Shown: piece by piece, positions 47,586 through 58,000 of the stretch
Layout: every line of letters starts with the position of its first letter
Position numbering within the stretch: position 1 is the first letter of the stretch
Source: Clostridia bacterium
Lineage (GTDB): Bacteria > Bacillota > Clostridia > Christensenellales > UBA1242
Assembly: GCA_045534555.1 (NCBI GenBank)
Contig: JAZSJW010000031.1
Location: forward strand, 8,280 to 72,279
DNA: 64,000 bases
Reading direction: 5' to 3'
Notes under the pieces: generated by a model
Seen by the model: the letters and a program-made list of their open reading frames with translations, nothing else
Databases searched by the model: none
Told to the model about the DNA's origin: nothing
Translations under genes and position numbers: made by a program

Positions 47586-49052
47586 TTGAAAAAAATAATA
47601 TTCAGTTTAACAATTTGTTTGATTAGTATTTTAAGTTTTATTCAATTTCCTAATTTGAATAATAATTTTTCTGTAGCAGAAACGACAGAAGCCCCTATAA
47701 AATACACTTTGATTGGCAAAAATTATAATAAAGTAGATGACACTTTAGAAACATATAATATAGCATCAAATTTAATATCAACATTTACACCGTTTGATTT
47801 AGTTGAAGAAAAAAGAATGAGTGGAATGTCTTTTAAATTAGCTACAACAGAAAATAAAAAGATTGAAAACCAAGTGGTTTATGTTGACGGCTTAACTCAA
47901 GATTTATTAGAAGATAATTATTCATTTTTTGCTTGGATACACTTTGATAATACTTATGTTCATAACTTGAAATTAACAATTGAATTTGAAAATTCAGCAA
48001 GTTTAATTTGGTCAATTTCAAAGGTTGATTTGTATAATTTAGTTAAAAAATCATCAGATATTGCATTTAATGAATTTCCTTTTTCATGGAATAAAATTGA
48101 ATTTCCTTTTAACCTAGCTGAGCAAAATGGTGAGATTTATACCGGTGGCAAATTAAATGCAGTTTCAAAAATCACAATTGATTATTCATCAAATACGGTT
48201 ATTGAGGGTGAGGATATAGGTCAAATTATAAAACCAGATTTTGCAGAATTGAGGTTTTATGATTTGCATATTTCTAAGAGTAAAAATTTAGCTTCCTATG
48301 GCGTAGAAAAACAAGGTTATAGATTTTGTAAACTTAACTTCTTTGACGAAGAAATTGTAAATAGTGTTTGTGTTGGAGATACATTGAAACTTCCATATTT
48401 ATCTCAAGCTGTGAGTTTTGCTTGGAATGGGTTTGATGATTTAAAAGATGGTAATATTTATACTGTAAAATGGAGAGTTCTTTTAAAAACACCATCTTCT
48501 AGTAAAGAGTTTTTATATCCCTCTTTCGGTGACGAGATAACTTTTGATGAAGAGGGTGTATATCAACTCTACTTTCAATGTTTCGATACAAAGTATTCGA
48601 GTGACATGCCTATAATTTCAGATAGCATAGAAATTAATGTCGATAAACTTATTGCTATTTATTTTGACAAGTCTAGTTATAAGATGGAAGTTGGGAAAAC
48701 TTATAGAATTAACGTTTATTCAAGTGATATATTTTCTTCCGTTTCAGACTTTTCGTTTGAAGCAAATTCAGACAATGTCTCTTTAAATTATATAGGGAAT
48801 GGAATTTTAGAAGTAACACCAAACAAAAAAGGTAATTATTCTATTAATGTTTCAGTAAATGGTGTAAGACCAATTTCGCCTGAAGAAACGTCTTATTCAA
48901 CAACACTAAAAATTAAGGCTTCAAAGGTAAAAAAGAAAGACAATAGAGTGTTTAAGATAATTTTATGGAGTGTTTTAGGTGCTTTTGGTGTTGCTTTAAT
49001 AGTTTTAGGTGTAAAAACATTTGTAAAATCTCGTAAAATTGATGTAAAATAA
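47586..49052 (+). CDS. Exported protein with C-terminal TM anchor
   Basis: Signal peptide, beta-rich body, C-terminal hydrophobic helix plus basic tail. Confidence 0.75.
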   Translation: MKKIIFSLTICLISILSFIQFPNLNNNFSVAETTEAPIKYTLIGKNYNKVDDTLETYNIASNLISTFTPFDLVEEKRMSGMSFKLATTENKKIENQVVYVDGLTQDLLEDNYSFFAWIHFDNTYVHNLKLTIEFENSASLIWSISKVDLYNLVKKSSDIAFNEFPFSWNKIEFPFNLAEQNGEIYTGGKLNAVSKITIDYSSNTVIEGEDIGQIIKPDFAELRFYDLHISKSKNLASYGVEKQGYRFCKLNFFDEEIVNSVCVGDTLKLPYLSQAVSFAWNGFDDLKDGNIYTVKWRVLLKTPSSSKEFLYPSFGDEITFDEEGVYQLYFQCFDTKYSSDMPIISDSIEINVDKLIAIYFDKSSYKMEVGKTYRINVYSSDIFSSVSDFSFEANSDNVSLNYIGNGILEVTPNKKGNYSINVSVNGVRPISPEETSYSTTLKIKASKVKKKDNRVFKIILWSVLGAFGVALIVLGVKTFVKSRKIDVK

Positions 49053-49072
49053 AAATAAGTGGAGTTTATATA

Positions 49073-50341
49073 GTGAAATATTACGATTACGAAGAAAATT
49101 CAACAAGTAAGATACCTTATGATAAGGAACCGATATTTAGGCAGTCTACATATAAAAAGCCAAAGAGTACGGGTTCTGGAAAAAGTAGTAAGGTGCTTTC
49201 TTTTGTTGTCTGTATTTTGATAATTGTAAATTTGATTTTAGGTGGAGTAATAATTAGTTCTCTTAAAAACAAAGGTGATGGTGGTGTAGATAACACTATA
49301 ATTAACATTTCTCCAAACTCAAATATTGATATTGCAGCAGTTTCAAGTAAGGCAAAATTGTCGGTGGTATGTGTTCATGCAGGCCTAACAGCTGCATCTT
49401 CAGATAATCCTGATTATCAAGGTTTCTTTAATTTAGCAAGTAAAGGTGCGGGTGTAATATTTCAAGATGATAAGGAAAAAGGTGAAGCATATATTGTAAC
49501 CTGTTTCCACGTTATAAGAGGTTATACAAGTCAAGCTTTCGTGCTTTTATATGATTCGTTTATTCCAATTAAAGCAACAATGGTTTATTATAGTTCAATT
49601 TATGATATAGCGGTTTTAAAAATTTCGTCATCTAGTGAGTATATTAATAGTAGTGCAACACCGACTCAGATTGCGGATAGTTCTATTATGATAGAGGGTG
49701 AGGGTGCTGTTGCTATAGGAAATCCTCTCGGTGCTGGATTTGCTGTTACTGATGGTATTATAAGTAAAACAACAGATTTAGTTAAAGTAGATGGAATTAC
49801 ACATAGAGTTATTAGAACTGATGCTCCAATAAATAACGGTAATAGCGGCGGAGGTTTGTTTAATAATAATGGGGAGCTTATTGGTATAGTAAGTGCAAAG
49901 GCGACAGATAATACAGCAAATGGTAATTTTGTTGACTGTGTTGCATATGCTATTCCTAGTAATGTGGCAATAAGTTTAGCAAATAATATTATTAGAAACA
50001 AAATGCCAGAAAAAGCTGTTTTGGGTATAACAATGGGGGTAGACCCAAAGGGTATTAGCTTTGATGTAATAAATGGTAAAACAATTTCTGTTCAAAGTGT
50101 TACAGTTAATTTGGTAGATGAGGGCTCATTGTTTAAGATGTATGATAAAATTACAGCCTTCTCTTATGGTGAAACGGTTGTAAGAGTAACAAATCTATAT
50201 TCATTTGATGACCATGCCTTTAATTTGAAAGTTGGTGATAAAGTCACATTCTTTATTGAAAGAGATGGTAAGGACATGACAATAGAGGTAACAATTGAAG
50301 AAGTTGTGTCTGCAGATTATAGAGATTGGTATGGAAGATAA
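49073..50341 (+). CDS. htrA: HtrA/DegP-like serine protease with PDZ-like C-terminus
   Basis: TM; TCFHV, DIAVLK, AIGNPLG, GNSGG triad motifs. Confidence 0.88.
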   Translation: MKYYDYEENSTSKIPYDKEPIFRQSTYKKPKSTGSGKSSKVLSFVVCILIIVNLILGGVIISSLKNKGDGGVDNTIINISPNSNIDIAAVSSKAKLSVVCVHAGLTAASSDNPDYQGFFNLASKGAGVIFQDDKEKGEAYIVTCFHVIRGYTSQAFVLLYDSFIPIKATMVYYSSIYDIAVLKISSSSEYINSSATPTQIADSSIMIEGEGAVAIGNPLGAGFAVTDGIISKTTDLVKVDGITHRVIRTDAPINNGNSGGGLFNNNGELIGIVSAKATDNTANGNFVDCVAYAIPSNVAISLANNIIRNKMPEKAVLGITMGVDPKGISFDVINGKTISVQSVTVNLVDEGSLFKMYDKITAFSYGETVVRVTNLYSFDDHAFNLKVGDKVTFFIERDGKDMTIEVTIEEVVSADYRDWYGR

Positions 50342-50418
50342 AAATTATAAAAAATGCTTGCCAACCCTTAGGAAAAAGTAATATACTATAAACAGTAGAT
50401 ATTTAAGGAGAAATAATT

Positions 50419-50649
50419 ATGACAGAACAAAAAGTTGTTGAAATACTATCAAAACAATTAAGAGTTGAGAAAGATAAAATCAATGCTGAAACAAATATTG
50501 CATCAGATTTAGGTGCAGACTCTCTTGATTTGGTTGAAATTTTAATGAGTTTAGAAGAAGAATTTAACATTTCTATTCCAGATGAAGCTATTCCAGGAAT
50601 TGTAACAGTTGGGGATTTAGTTAAATTTATTGATAATGCAAAAAAGTAA
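50419..50649 (+). CDS. acpP: Acyl carrier protein
   Basis: DLGADSLDLVE phosphopantetheine site. Confidence 0.97.
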   Translation: MTEQKVVEILSKQLRVEKDKINAETNIASDLGADSLDLVEILMSLEEEFNISIPDEAIPGIVTVGDLVKFIDNAKK

Positions 50650-50717
50650 TTATTTAGGGTGGGCGATAAGCTCGCCTTTTATTTTGCATAAAAAAACACG
50701 AACTTGTGTCCGTGTTT

Positions 50718-51149
50718 TTATTTTTCTAATTCTTCGTTGTCTTCCATAGTTTTTGTTTTTTCTTTTTCAACTAAATATGAAAGTTTTTTAAAAACTTCAT
50801 CTGATAAATTTACAGAACTTGCAAGTTTAAGAAATTTTCTTGCCTCTGGTCTTTTTGTGATAAATTCTGTAATTTCTGGCCAGTTTTGATGCGATAACTC
50901 TGCTAAATCATAGAAAGCATCTTGCTCGCTGTCATCAATTTGTAATTCTTCTATTATATCATTTAAGAGGGTTATAGGTGCTGGTCTTTGGTTTCTTTCT
51001 ATATCGGTCATGTATACAGCAGAAATGTTAAGCCTTATCGCAAGTTGCCTTGCGGATATACCAAGTTCTGTTCTTCTTGATCTAATAAAATCGCCAAAAA
51101 CTTCAGTTTTGTTGGCTTTATAATATTTTAAAAATTCTGTCAAATTCAT
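50718..51149 (-). CDS. XRE-family HTH regulator (paralog of the next gene)
   Basis: FG.FI..RR.ELGIS.RQLA..L.IS..Y..DIE..QR.AP. Confidence 0.88.
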   Translation of the reverse strand: MNLTEFLKYYKANKTEVFGDFIRSRRTELGISARQLAIRLNISAVYMTDIERNQRPAPITLLNDIIEELQIDDSEQDAFYDLAELSHQNWPEITEFITKRPEARKFLKLASSVNLSDEVFKKLSYLVEKEKTKTMEDNEELEK

Positions 51150-51583
51150 TAAACAACAGGCTCCTCTTCTTCATAAATAACTGGTTTTTGGTTAGCTTTT
51201 GGTAAAGAAAGAATAATGCTAGAAAGCTCTTCGTCTGATAAATTAAGCCTTTTTGCCAATCTCAAAAATTCTCTAGCTTTTGGGGTTTGACAAATGTATT
51301 CATTTATATCTGGGTGATTTTTTCTTGTAGAATATGCAAGGTCTAAAAATAAATCGTTATCCTCTTTATTTATTTTGAGGATTTCACTGTAAACGTCTAG
51401 ATAGTTGAGTGGTGCATAACGTTGACCTTTTTCTATGTCAAACAAATAGGTTGTGGAAATGGTTGACATTTCAGCGAATTCACGCAAAGTAATTCCTAAT
51501 TCTAGCCTACGTTGTTCAACGAACTGACCAAAACCTTTATCATCAACCGCTGGGTGAAGTTTTAAAAAATCTCTTATGTTCAT
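51149..51583 (-). CDS. XRE-family HTH regulator
   Basis: FGQFV..RRLELGITLREFA....IS..YL.DIEKGQR.AP; 1-nt overlap with its paralog. Confidence 0.88.
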   Translation of the reverse strand: MNIRDFLKLHPAVDDKGFGQFVEQRRLELGITLREFAEMSTISTTYLFDIEKGQRYAPLNYLDVYSEILKINKEDNDLFLDLAYSTRKNHPDINEYICQTPKAREFLRLAKRLNLSDEELSSIILSLPKANQKPVIYEEEEPVV

Positions 51584-51645
51584 TATTTTTTTCCTTTATG
51601 TATATTAAAGCCCCTAAAATTTTTAGGGGCTTTGATTTTTATAAA

Positions 51646-51913
51646 TGCTGTGCATCATTTTTTGTCGCCATATACCGAAGCGATAAGACTAGAGTTAACT
51701 CCTTCAAAGCTACCTTAAGGCGCATAGTCTACTTTGCTTAGTGCTGCTACCGTTAAGTCCTGACACGGTTCACAAATGACTATCCCAAAAGACCTTGATA
51801 TCTTCATCACTTTTAGCCCCCAGCCTTCCATATATAACGCCGAGAAATGCATTCAGCCCTGCTATAGCGGATCTCAGGAATAGGGCACCGCTAGCTCCCC
51901 ACCTAGCACAGCA
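51646..51913 (-). ncRNA. ffs: Signal recognition particle RNA, long (Alu-containing) Bacillota type
   Basis: Minus strand TGCTGTGCTAGGTGGGGAGCTAGCGGTGCCCT...GAACCGTGTCAGGACTTAACGGTAGCAGCAC...TGCACAGCA; TTGCAA-17-TATAAT promoter; downstream terminator. Confidence 0.95.
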
Positions 51914-52093
51914 AGAACATTATATACTATATTTTTTTATTTTGCAAGGTTTATTTGGAGATGTTTTTTACTTCTTTTAATGTCGAAAAATGTCATTTTT
52001 TGAAAAAAAATGCCCTTTAGGTATCTTTTAGGGTCATTAAGAAAAAATTTTTATTTGATATTATCAATATAGAAAGATACTGGAGGTTGAAAA

Positions 52094-52336
52094 ATGACTG
52101 TTAATAAAGCGCTAGCTTTGAGGCTTACATCTTTGTTGTTCAAACATAAGATGAGCAAATACAGATTGGAAAAAATATCTGGAATGTCACATTCTGCTAT
52201 GATACATATCTTTAATGAAGATTATACAGATATAAAAATGTCAACAGTTATCAGATTTGCTAGAGCATTTAATATGTCTGTGGCAGCGTTTCTTGATGAC
52301 CCACTATTTGAAAATCTTGATTTGGAAATCGACTAA
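52094..52336 (+). CDS. XRE-family HTH regulator (related to 44922-45170)
   Basis: GGAGG RBS; MSKYRL..ISGMSHS...DIKMSTV. Confidence 0.85.
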   Translation: MTVNKALALRLTSLLFKHKMSKYRLEKISGMSHSAMIHIFNEDYTDIKMSTVIRFARAFNMSVAAFLDDPLFENLDLEID

Positions 52337-52437
52337 ATTTGCAGGGCTTTATGTTTTCATAAAGCTCTTTTTTTATTTTTACATTTGACTTGATATCAAC
52401 TATATGGTATTATTTTTTAAGATAAGGAGTTTTTATT

Positions 52438-53151
52438 ATGTCTGAATCAAACGCAAAAAGATTTATTGATGCATACAATCGTTTAGATAAAGGAATGAGA
52501 GATATTTATAATATTAAAGCATCTATCAGTTTTTCGGATTGTGTTCGCAAAGTATCTGCAGTTAATTCTGTTATTAGAAAATACGAAGATGATATTATTG
52601 AATACGGAAGATTAAGAAATGCAATTGTGCATAGAAGCGGGGAAGAGGTTATTGCTGAGCCAAATTTAAAAGTAGTTGAAAAGCTAGAGCAAATTTCAAG
52701 GCTTATTTGTACTCCACCTAGAGTTATGGATACTGTTGCAAATCGTTCAGTTTATAGTGTTTCTGCGAAAACAGCACTTTCAGAAGTTATGATACAAATG
52801 TTTCAAACTGGCTATTCTGTAGTTCCTGTTTATGATGGTTTTGATTTAATAGGTGTAATTAACAGAAAAATGGTTTTAGAAGCACTTGGTGCAGCGGTTG
52901 CGGCAAATGTGGATTTAGACGATTTGGTAAAATTAAGTGTTGTAGAGGCTCTAGATTTATCGAGTGCCTCAAATTCGTATGAAGTTGTTGCTGCAAATAC
53001 AACAATTGACAATATTTTATATTTATTTCAATCAAACAGAAAGTTGTCAGTTGTTATAATTACTAAAAACGGTAATTATAATGAAGCACCGCTAGGGGTT
53101 GTTGTAACTAGTGATACTATTGACATGCAAACAATTTTAGATAATTATTAA
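52438..53151 (+). CDS. CBS domain-containing protein
   Basis: LRNAIVH N-terminal domain; YSVVPVYD...GVI and LGVVVTSD CBS pair. Confidence 0.85.
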   Translation: MSESNAKRFIDAYNRLDKGMRDIYNIKASISFSDCVRKVSAVNSVIRKYEDDIIEYGRLRNAIVHRSGEEVIAEPNLKVVEKLEQISRLICTPPRVMDTVANRSVYSVSAKTALSEVMIQMFQTGYSVVPVYDGFDLIGVINRKMVLEALGAAVAANVDLDDLVKLSVVEALDLSSASNSYEVVAANTTIDNILYLFQSNRKLSVVIITKNGNYNEAPLGVVVTSDTIDMQTILDNY

Positions 53152-53172
53152 TACTATAAGTAAGGGATATAT

Positions 53173-54039
53173 ATGAGAGTTGCAAAAGATTGGAAAGATT
53201 ATGAGATTATTGCTACCGGCGATGGTGAAAAGCTAGAACGTTGGGGCAATATTTATCTTTTAAGGCCAGACCCACAAATAATATGGAAAGCTAGTAAAGA
53301 TTTAAGCAAAGATAGTAAGCTTAATGCTCATTATCACAGAACAAAGACTGGCGGTGGTGGTTGGGAAAAGAAAAAGAAGATGCCAGAAGAGTGGATTATT
53401 GGCTATAAGAATTTAAGATTTCAATTAAAGCCAATGGGCTTTAAACATACAGGGTTGTTCCCAGAGCAAGCATATAATTGGGATAGAATGATAGATTTAA
53501 TTAAAAAAGCTAATAGACCAATTAATGTATTAAATTTATTTGCCTATACTGGTGGAGCAACTGTTGCTTGTGCTTCTGCGGGGGCAAGTGTATGCCATGT
53601 AGATGCCGCAAAAAATATGGTTGAAAGAGCAAAAGCTAATGTAGAGCTTTCTGGGCTGCAAGATGCTCATGTTAGATATATTGTTGATGATTGCAGGAAG
53701 TTTGTTGAACGCGAAATTCGTAGAGGTCATAAATATGACGCGATTATCATGGACCCACCAAGCTATGGTAGGGGTGCAAATGGGGAAGTGTGGAGCTTAG
53801 AAGAAAACTTATATGAGTTCGTTGAACTTGTTACAAAGGTTTTAAGCGATAACCCACTTTTTGTTTTAATCAATAGCTATACAACAGGTCTTGGTGCAAC
53901 AGTGCTTGAAAATATATTAAACCTTACACTAAAAGGCAAAAAGGGTACTTGTGAAGCATATGAACTTTGTTTACCAACAAATGAAAAAGGTGTTATGTTG
54001 CCTTGCGGAACATCAGGAATGTTCATAGGAGAAAATTAA
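53173..54039 (+). CDS. SAM-dependent methyltransferase (RlmI/RlmK-like)
   Basis: FKHTGLFPEQ, VLNLFAYTG, IIMDPPSYG. Confidence 0.9.
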   Translation: MRVAKDWKDYEIIATGDGEKLERWGNIYLLRPDPQIIWKASKDLSKDSKLNAHYHRTKTGGGGWEKKKKMPEEWIIGYKNLRFQLKPMGFKHTGLFPEQAYNWDRMIDLIKKANRPINVLNLFAYTGGATVACASAGASVCHVDAAKNMVERAKANVELSGLQDAHVRYIVDDCRKFVEREIRRGHKYDAIIMDPPSYGRGANGEVWSLEENLYEFVELVTKVLSDNPLFVLINSYTTGLGATVLENILNLTLKGKKGTCEAYELCLPTNEKGVMLPCGTSGMFIGEN

Positions 54040-54725
54040 TGGAAATTTTATATGAAGATAATCATGTTATAGTAGTTCTAAAGCCACAAAATGTGCCATC
54101 TCAAGAAGATGCATCAAAAGATTTAGATATGCTTACTATGGTTAAGGATTATATTAAGGAAAAATACAATAAACCGGGTAATGTTTATGTTGGTCTTGTT
54201 CATAGACTTGATAGGCCAACCGGTGGAGTAATGGTTTTTGCTAAAACAAGTAAAGCTGCTTCAAGATTAAGTGAGCAATTTAGAAATGGCGAAGCTGATA
54301 AAACATATTTTGCTGTAGTAACTGGTAATTTAAAGCTAAAACAGACCAAACTTGTAAATTATCTACTAAAAGATGAGGTAAATAACAAAGTAAGAGTTGT
54401 TCCTATGTCTACACAGGGCTCAAAAAGAGCAGAGCTTGACTATGAAGAATTAGACTGTAAAGACAATTTACACTTATTAAAAGTAAAACTTGGAACAGGT
54501 AGAGGTCATCAAATAAGAGTGCAACTTGCAACAATAGGAAATCCAATTTATGGTGACCAAAAGTACGGTGGGGAAGATATGCCAAAAGCTAATTTAAACC
54601 TATTTGCTGTAGAGCTTAAGTTTTATCACCCAACAACAAAAGAGAGAATGGTGTTTAGAGTATATCCACCAGAAGAAAAAACTGCTTGGAATAAGTTTAA
54701 TTTAGAAAAATATTTAGCAATTTAA
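54039..54725 (+). CDS. RluA-family pseudouridine synthase
   Basis: ILYEDNH, HRLDRPTGG, TGRGHQIRVQ, IYGDQKY; ATG overlaps the previous TAA. Confidence 0.93.
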   Translation: MEILYEDNHVIVVLKPQNVPSQEDASKDLDMLTMVKDYIKEKYNKPGNVYVGLVHRLDRPTGGVMVFAKTSKAASRLSEQFRNGEADKTYFAVVTGNLKLKQTKLVNYLLKDEVNNKVRVVPMSTQGSKRAELDYEELDCKDNLHLLKVKLGTGRGHQIRVQLATIGNPIYGDQKYGGEDMPKANLNLFAVELKFYHPTTKERMVFRVYPPEEKTAWNKFNLEKYLAI

Positions 54726-54849
54726 TAAATAAATTAATCAAAAAAATATAAGAGTGGGGATTTCCACTCTTTTTTTATGCCAGTTTTTGAATTAAAGGTT
54801 AAAGATTTAAAAAAAATATAAAAAAATTTAAAATACCCCCTAAATTTAT

Positions 54850-54881
54850 TTGACATAGGGGGGGGGGGTATTATGTATAAT
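54850..54881 (+). promoter_or_regulatory. Sigma-A promoter with G11 tract in the spacer (putative phase-variable promoter, copy 2)
   Basis: TTGACA 54850-54855, TA, G11 54858-54868, TATTATG, TATAAT 54876-54881; spacer 20 bp. Confidence 0.85.
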
Positions 54882-55003
54882 AAAATTGTATAAATAGGTG
54901 TTGTCAAAGATACATATATCTATACTGGTCGTATGATGGAATAAATATAATATATTTAGAAGAATTAAATTATCTTTAAAAGTGCTCAATAAGGATAAAG
55001 AAT

Positions 55004-58000
55004 ATGAGAAGAAAAAAAGTTATAAGTTTAGTTATAAGTTTGGTAAGCGTATTTGTAATAGGCTTATCATTTCTTGTGGGATTTTTGATAAAAGAAAAAA
55101 ACCAAACAAATACTTTAGAAGCAGAAACGACAGAGAATGTTTCTGTTGTTCCTGATGACGCAACGATTGAGGATAAAGGTGGTGTCCTTTATATTGAAGA
55201 GGGTTGCTCATATACAATGTTTGGCGGAACAATAGGCGGAGAAGAAACAAAATATGGCGGTGCAGTTTTTGTTTCACCGGGTGCAACTTTTATTATGAAA
55301 GGTGGAACAATTGAAAACAGCAAAGCAACTTATGGCGGAGCTATATTTGTTGCAAATGGAGGAACTTGTGTTTTAGAAGATGCTGTTATTGATAATTGTT
55401 CTGCAGGCATAGATGGAGGTGCTATTTATCTAGAAAAAACAGGAAGTTTAACCATAGATGGTGTTGAAATTAAAAACTGTTCAGCTGCAGGTAATGGTGG
55501 TGGAATATATACTCTCGCAACTAGTGGTACCTTAAACATAAAAAATGTTACTTTCACAAATCTTGATGCTGTAGATGGAGGTGCTGTTTACTCAAATGGT
55601 ATGGATATTATATTTGATGAAATTATTGCAGATGAGAATGGACCAGTTACTATTCCTGCTAGTAACATAAGTTATTGCGATGCATTAGGTTCAGGCGGTG
55701 CTATTTATTCAAAAGGCAACATTTCAACAAATAAAACAACAATTACTAATTGTACCACTAAAACTAACGGTGGTGCTATATATTCTAATAAAGATGTTTC
55801 TTTAGGGTATTCATGGGATAATGTTGAGGAAGATTTATGGCATCTTGAACAAACTACAATAAAAAATTGTTCGGCAGATTTAAATGGAGGTGCATTTTAT
55901 TCTAAAAGCATATATCTTAATTGTGTTGACATAAGTGACTGTACTGCAGAAGAAAGTGGAGGTGCAGTATATACAGAAAGATTTGGTGGTGTTTCACAAA
56001 GTGTTTCATATTTTTATATGGAGTATGGAAAAATAAATAATTGCTCTGCTAAATATGGAGGTGCAGCTTATATATTAAGCAGCTTTAATGCGGGAAACAT
56101 TTATATTGATAAATGCTCTGCAAAAAATGGAGCCGGTATTTTTTCAAGGGCTGATGAGATAATATTTGATGAAGGAGTTCTTATAACTAATTGCTCAGCA
56201 ACAGATAATGGTGGAGGTATTTTTGCTTCTAACGGACTTGATGTAAATTCATATTTTGAAACAATAGTTGATAGTTGTGAGGCAGGTGTCAGTGGTGGTG
56301 GCATTTTTGTATCTGATCGCCCTGATGGAAATAAAATAAAAAATATTAGTATAGCTAATTGTAAAGCTGGTTCTGGTGGTGGTATTTATGTAAATTCACA
56401 AACAAAAACAGTAATAGATGAAACTTATATAGAAAATAATACAGCAGAAGTCGGTGGTGGTATTTATAATGCTTATGGATCGCAAGTTTCTATCACAGGA
56501 GGAGTTATTTTTAACAATTCGGCAACTAACGGTGGTGGCATTTATAACAACTCAAGTAAGACAACTGAAATTTCGGGAACTGCTAAAATAATCGGCAATA
56601 CAGCGACATTAGGAGGCGGTGTTTATTCTAACAATTATACAACAATATCTATTAGTGGTGGTCAGATTGTTGGAAATGAAGCAACATCTTATGGTGGTGG
56701 AATTTATGCTGTGCAAGCAACAGTCAATCATAGTGGTGGAATTGTTGGTGGAGAATATGTATACAGTCAGATATCATACACAGGAAATAAATCAACAGGT
56801 GAAGCTGGTGGCGGTGTGTACATAAAAAACGGAACATACAACCTTACTGGAGGAAGTGTGATTCAAAATAGTGCTCCAAGGGTTGCGGGGATCTTTTTGT
56901 ATAGTTCAGAATTTTCAATGACTGAAGGTTCTGTTTCATTAAACACAGCCACAGACAAAGAAGTTGGTGGAATTTATGTATATGGATCATCAACGGCAAC
57001 AATTAGTGGTGGAAGTATTTCTAACAATACAGCAACATATGGTCCTGGAATTTTTGTTGCTTCATCAAGCACTCTAAAGATGACGGGAGGTGTTGTAGGT
57101 TATAACTCAGGATATCGTGGCGGTGGAATTTATCATTCATCATCAGGTGAGTGTGTTATTTCTGGAAATGTAAATATCATTGGAAACACAGTTACAAATA
57201 ATGGTGGAGGAATTTATATAAATTCAGGAACACTTACATTAGGAACAGAAGACGAGGAATTCACAGGAAATATTACAGGAAACAATGCGAAAATTTATGG
57301 TGGTGGAATTTACTGCTATTCTACAATAAATCATAATAGCGGAAGTATTGGCGGTGAATATGTGGATGGAGAGTTAACTCATGTTGGGAATAATGCAACA
57401 TCAGGAGCAGGTGTATTTCTTAATTCAGGAACATACAATTTGAATGGTGGAAACATTTCTAACAACACATCTAAAAAGTTGGCTGGTGGAGTTATGTGTA
57501 ACGGGGGCTCATTAATAATGTCAGGCGGAAGTATTTCACAAAACTCTGCAAATAGTGAAGCTGGCGGTGGTGTTTATTTATACGAAAAAGCAAAAGCAAA
57601 AATCAGCGGTGGTGAAATTTCTTTCAATTATGCAGAATGGAATGGCGGTGGTATTTATGTTATAGATACCTCTTCATTAGATATGTCAGGGGGTATAATT
57701 ATTGAGAATACCACTAGTGGATATGGCGGAGGAATTTTTAATACCTCAACAACGGAAATGATTATTTCAGGAAGTGCAAAAATTGTAGGAAATCAGTCAA
57801 AAACATCAAATGGAGGCGGAATATATCATTATTCAACGGCACGACTTACAATTTCTGGAGATTCAAAAATTGCAGGAAATGAGTCGAGTCAGGCAGGCGG
57901 TGGAATTTATAAAATTAATGGGGAATTGTTTATCTCAGGTGGACAAATAACTGGTAACTCGTCAACAAAAAGTTCTGGTGGAGGAATTTACGCAAGCGGC

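Noticed and set aside
51795..51980. 61-aa ORF from the track
   Set aside because: Lies antisense to the SRP RNA and its promoter
50718..52336. Prophage immunity region
   Set aside because: Only XRE genes; no integrase, structural or replication genes
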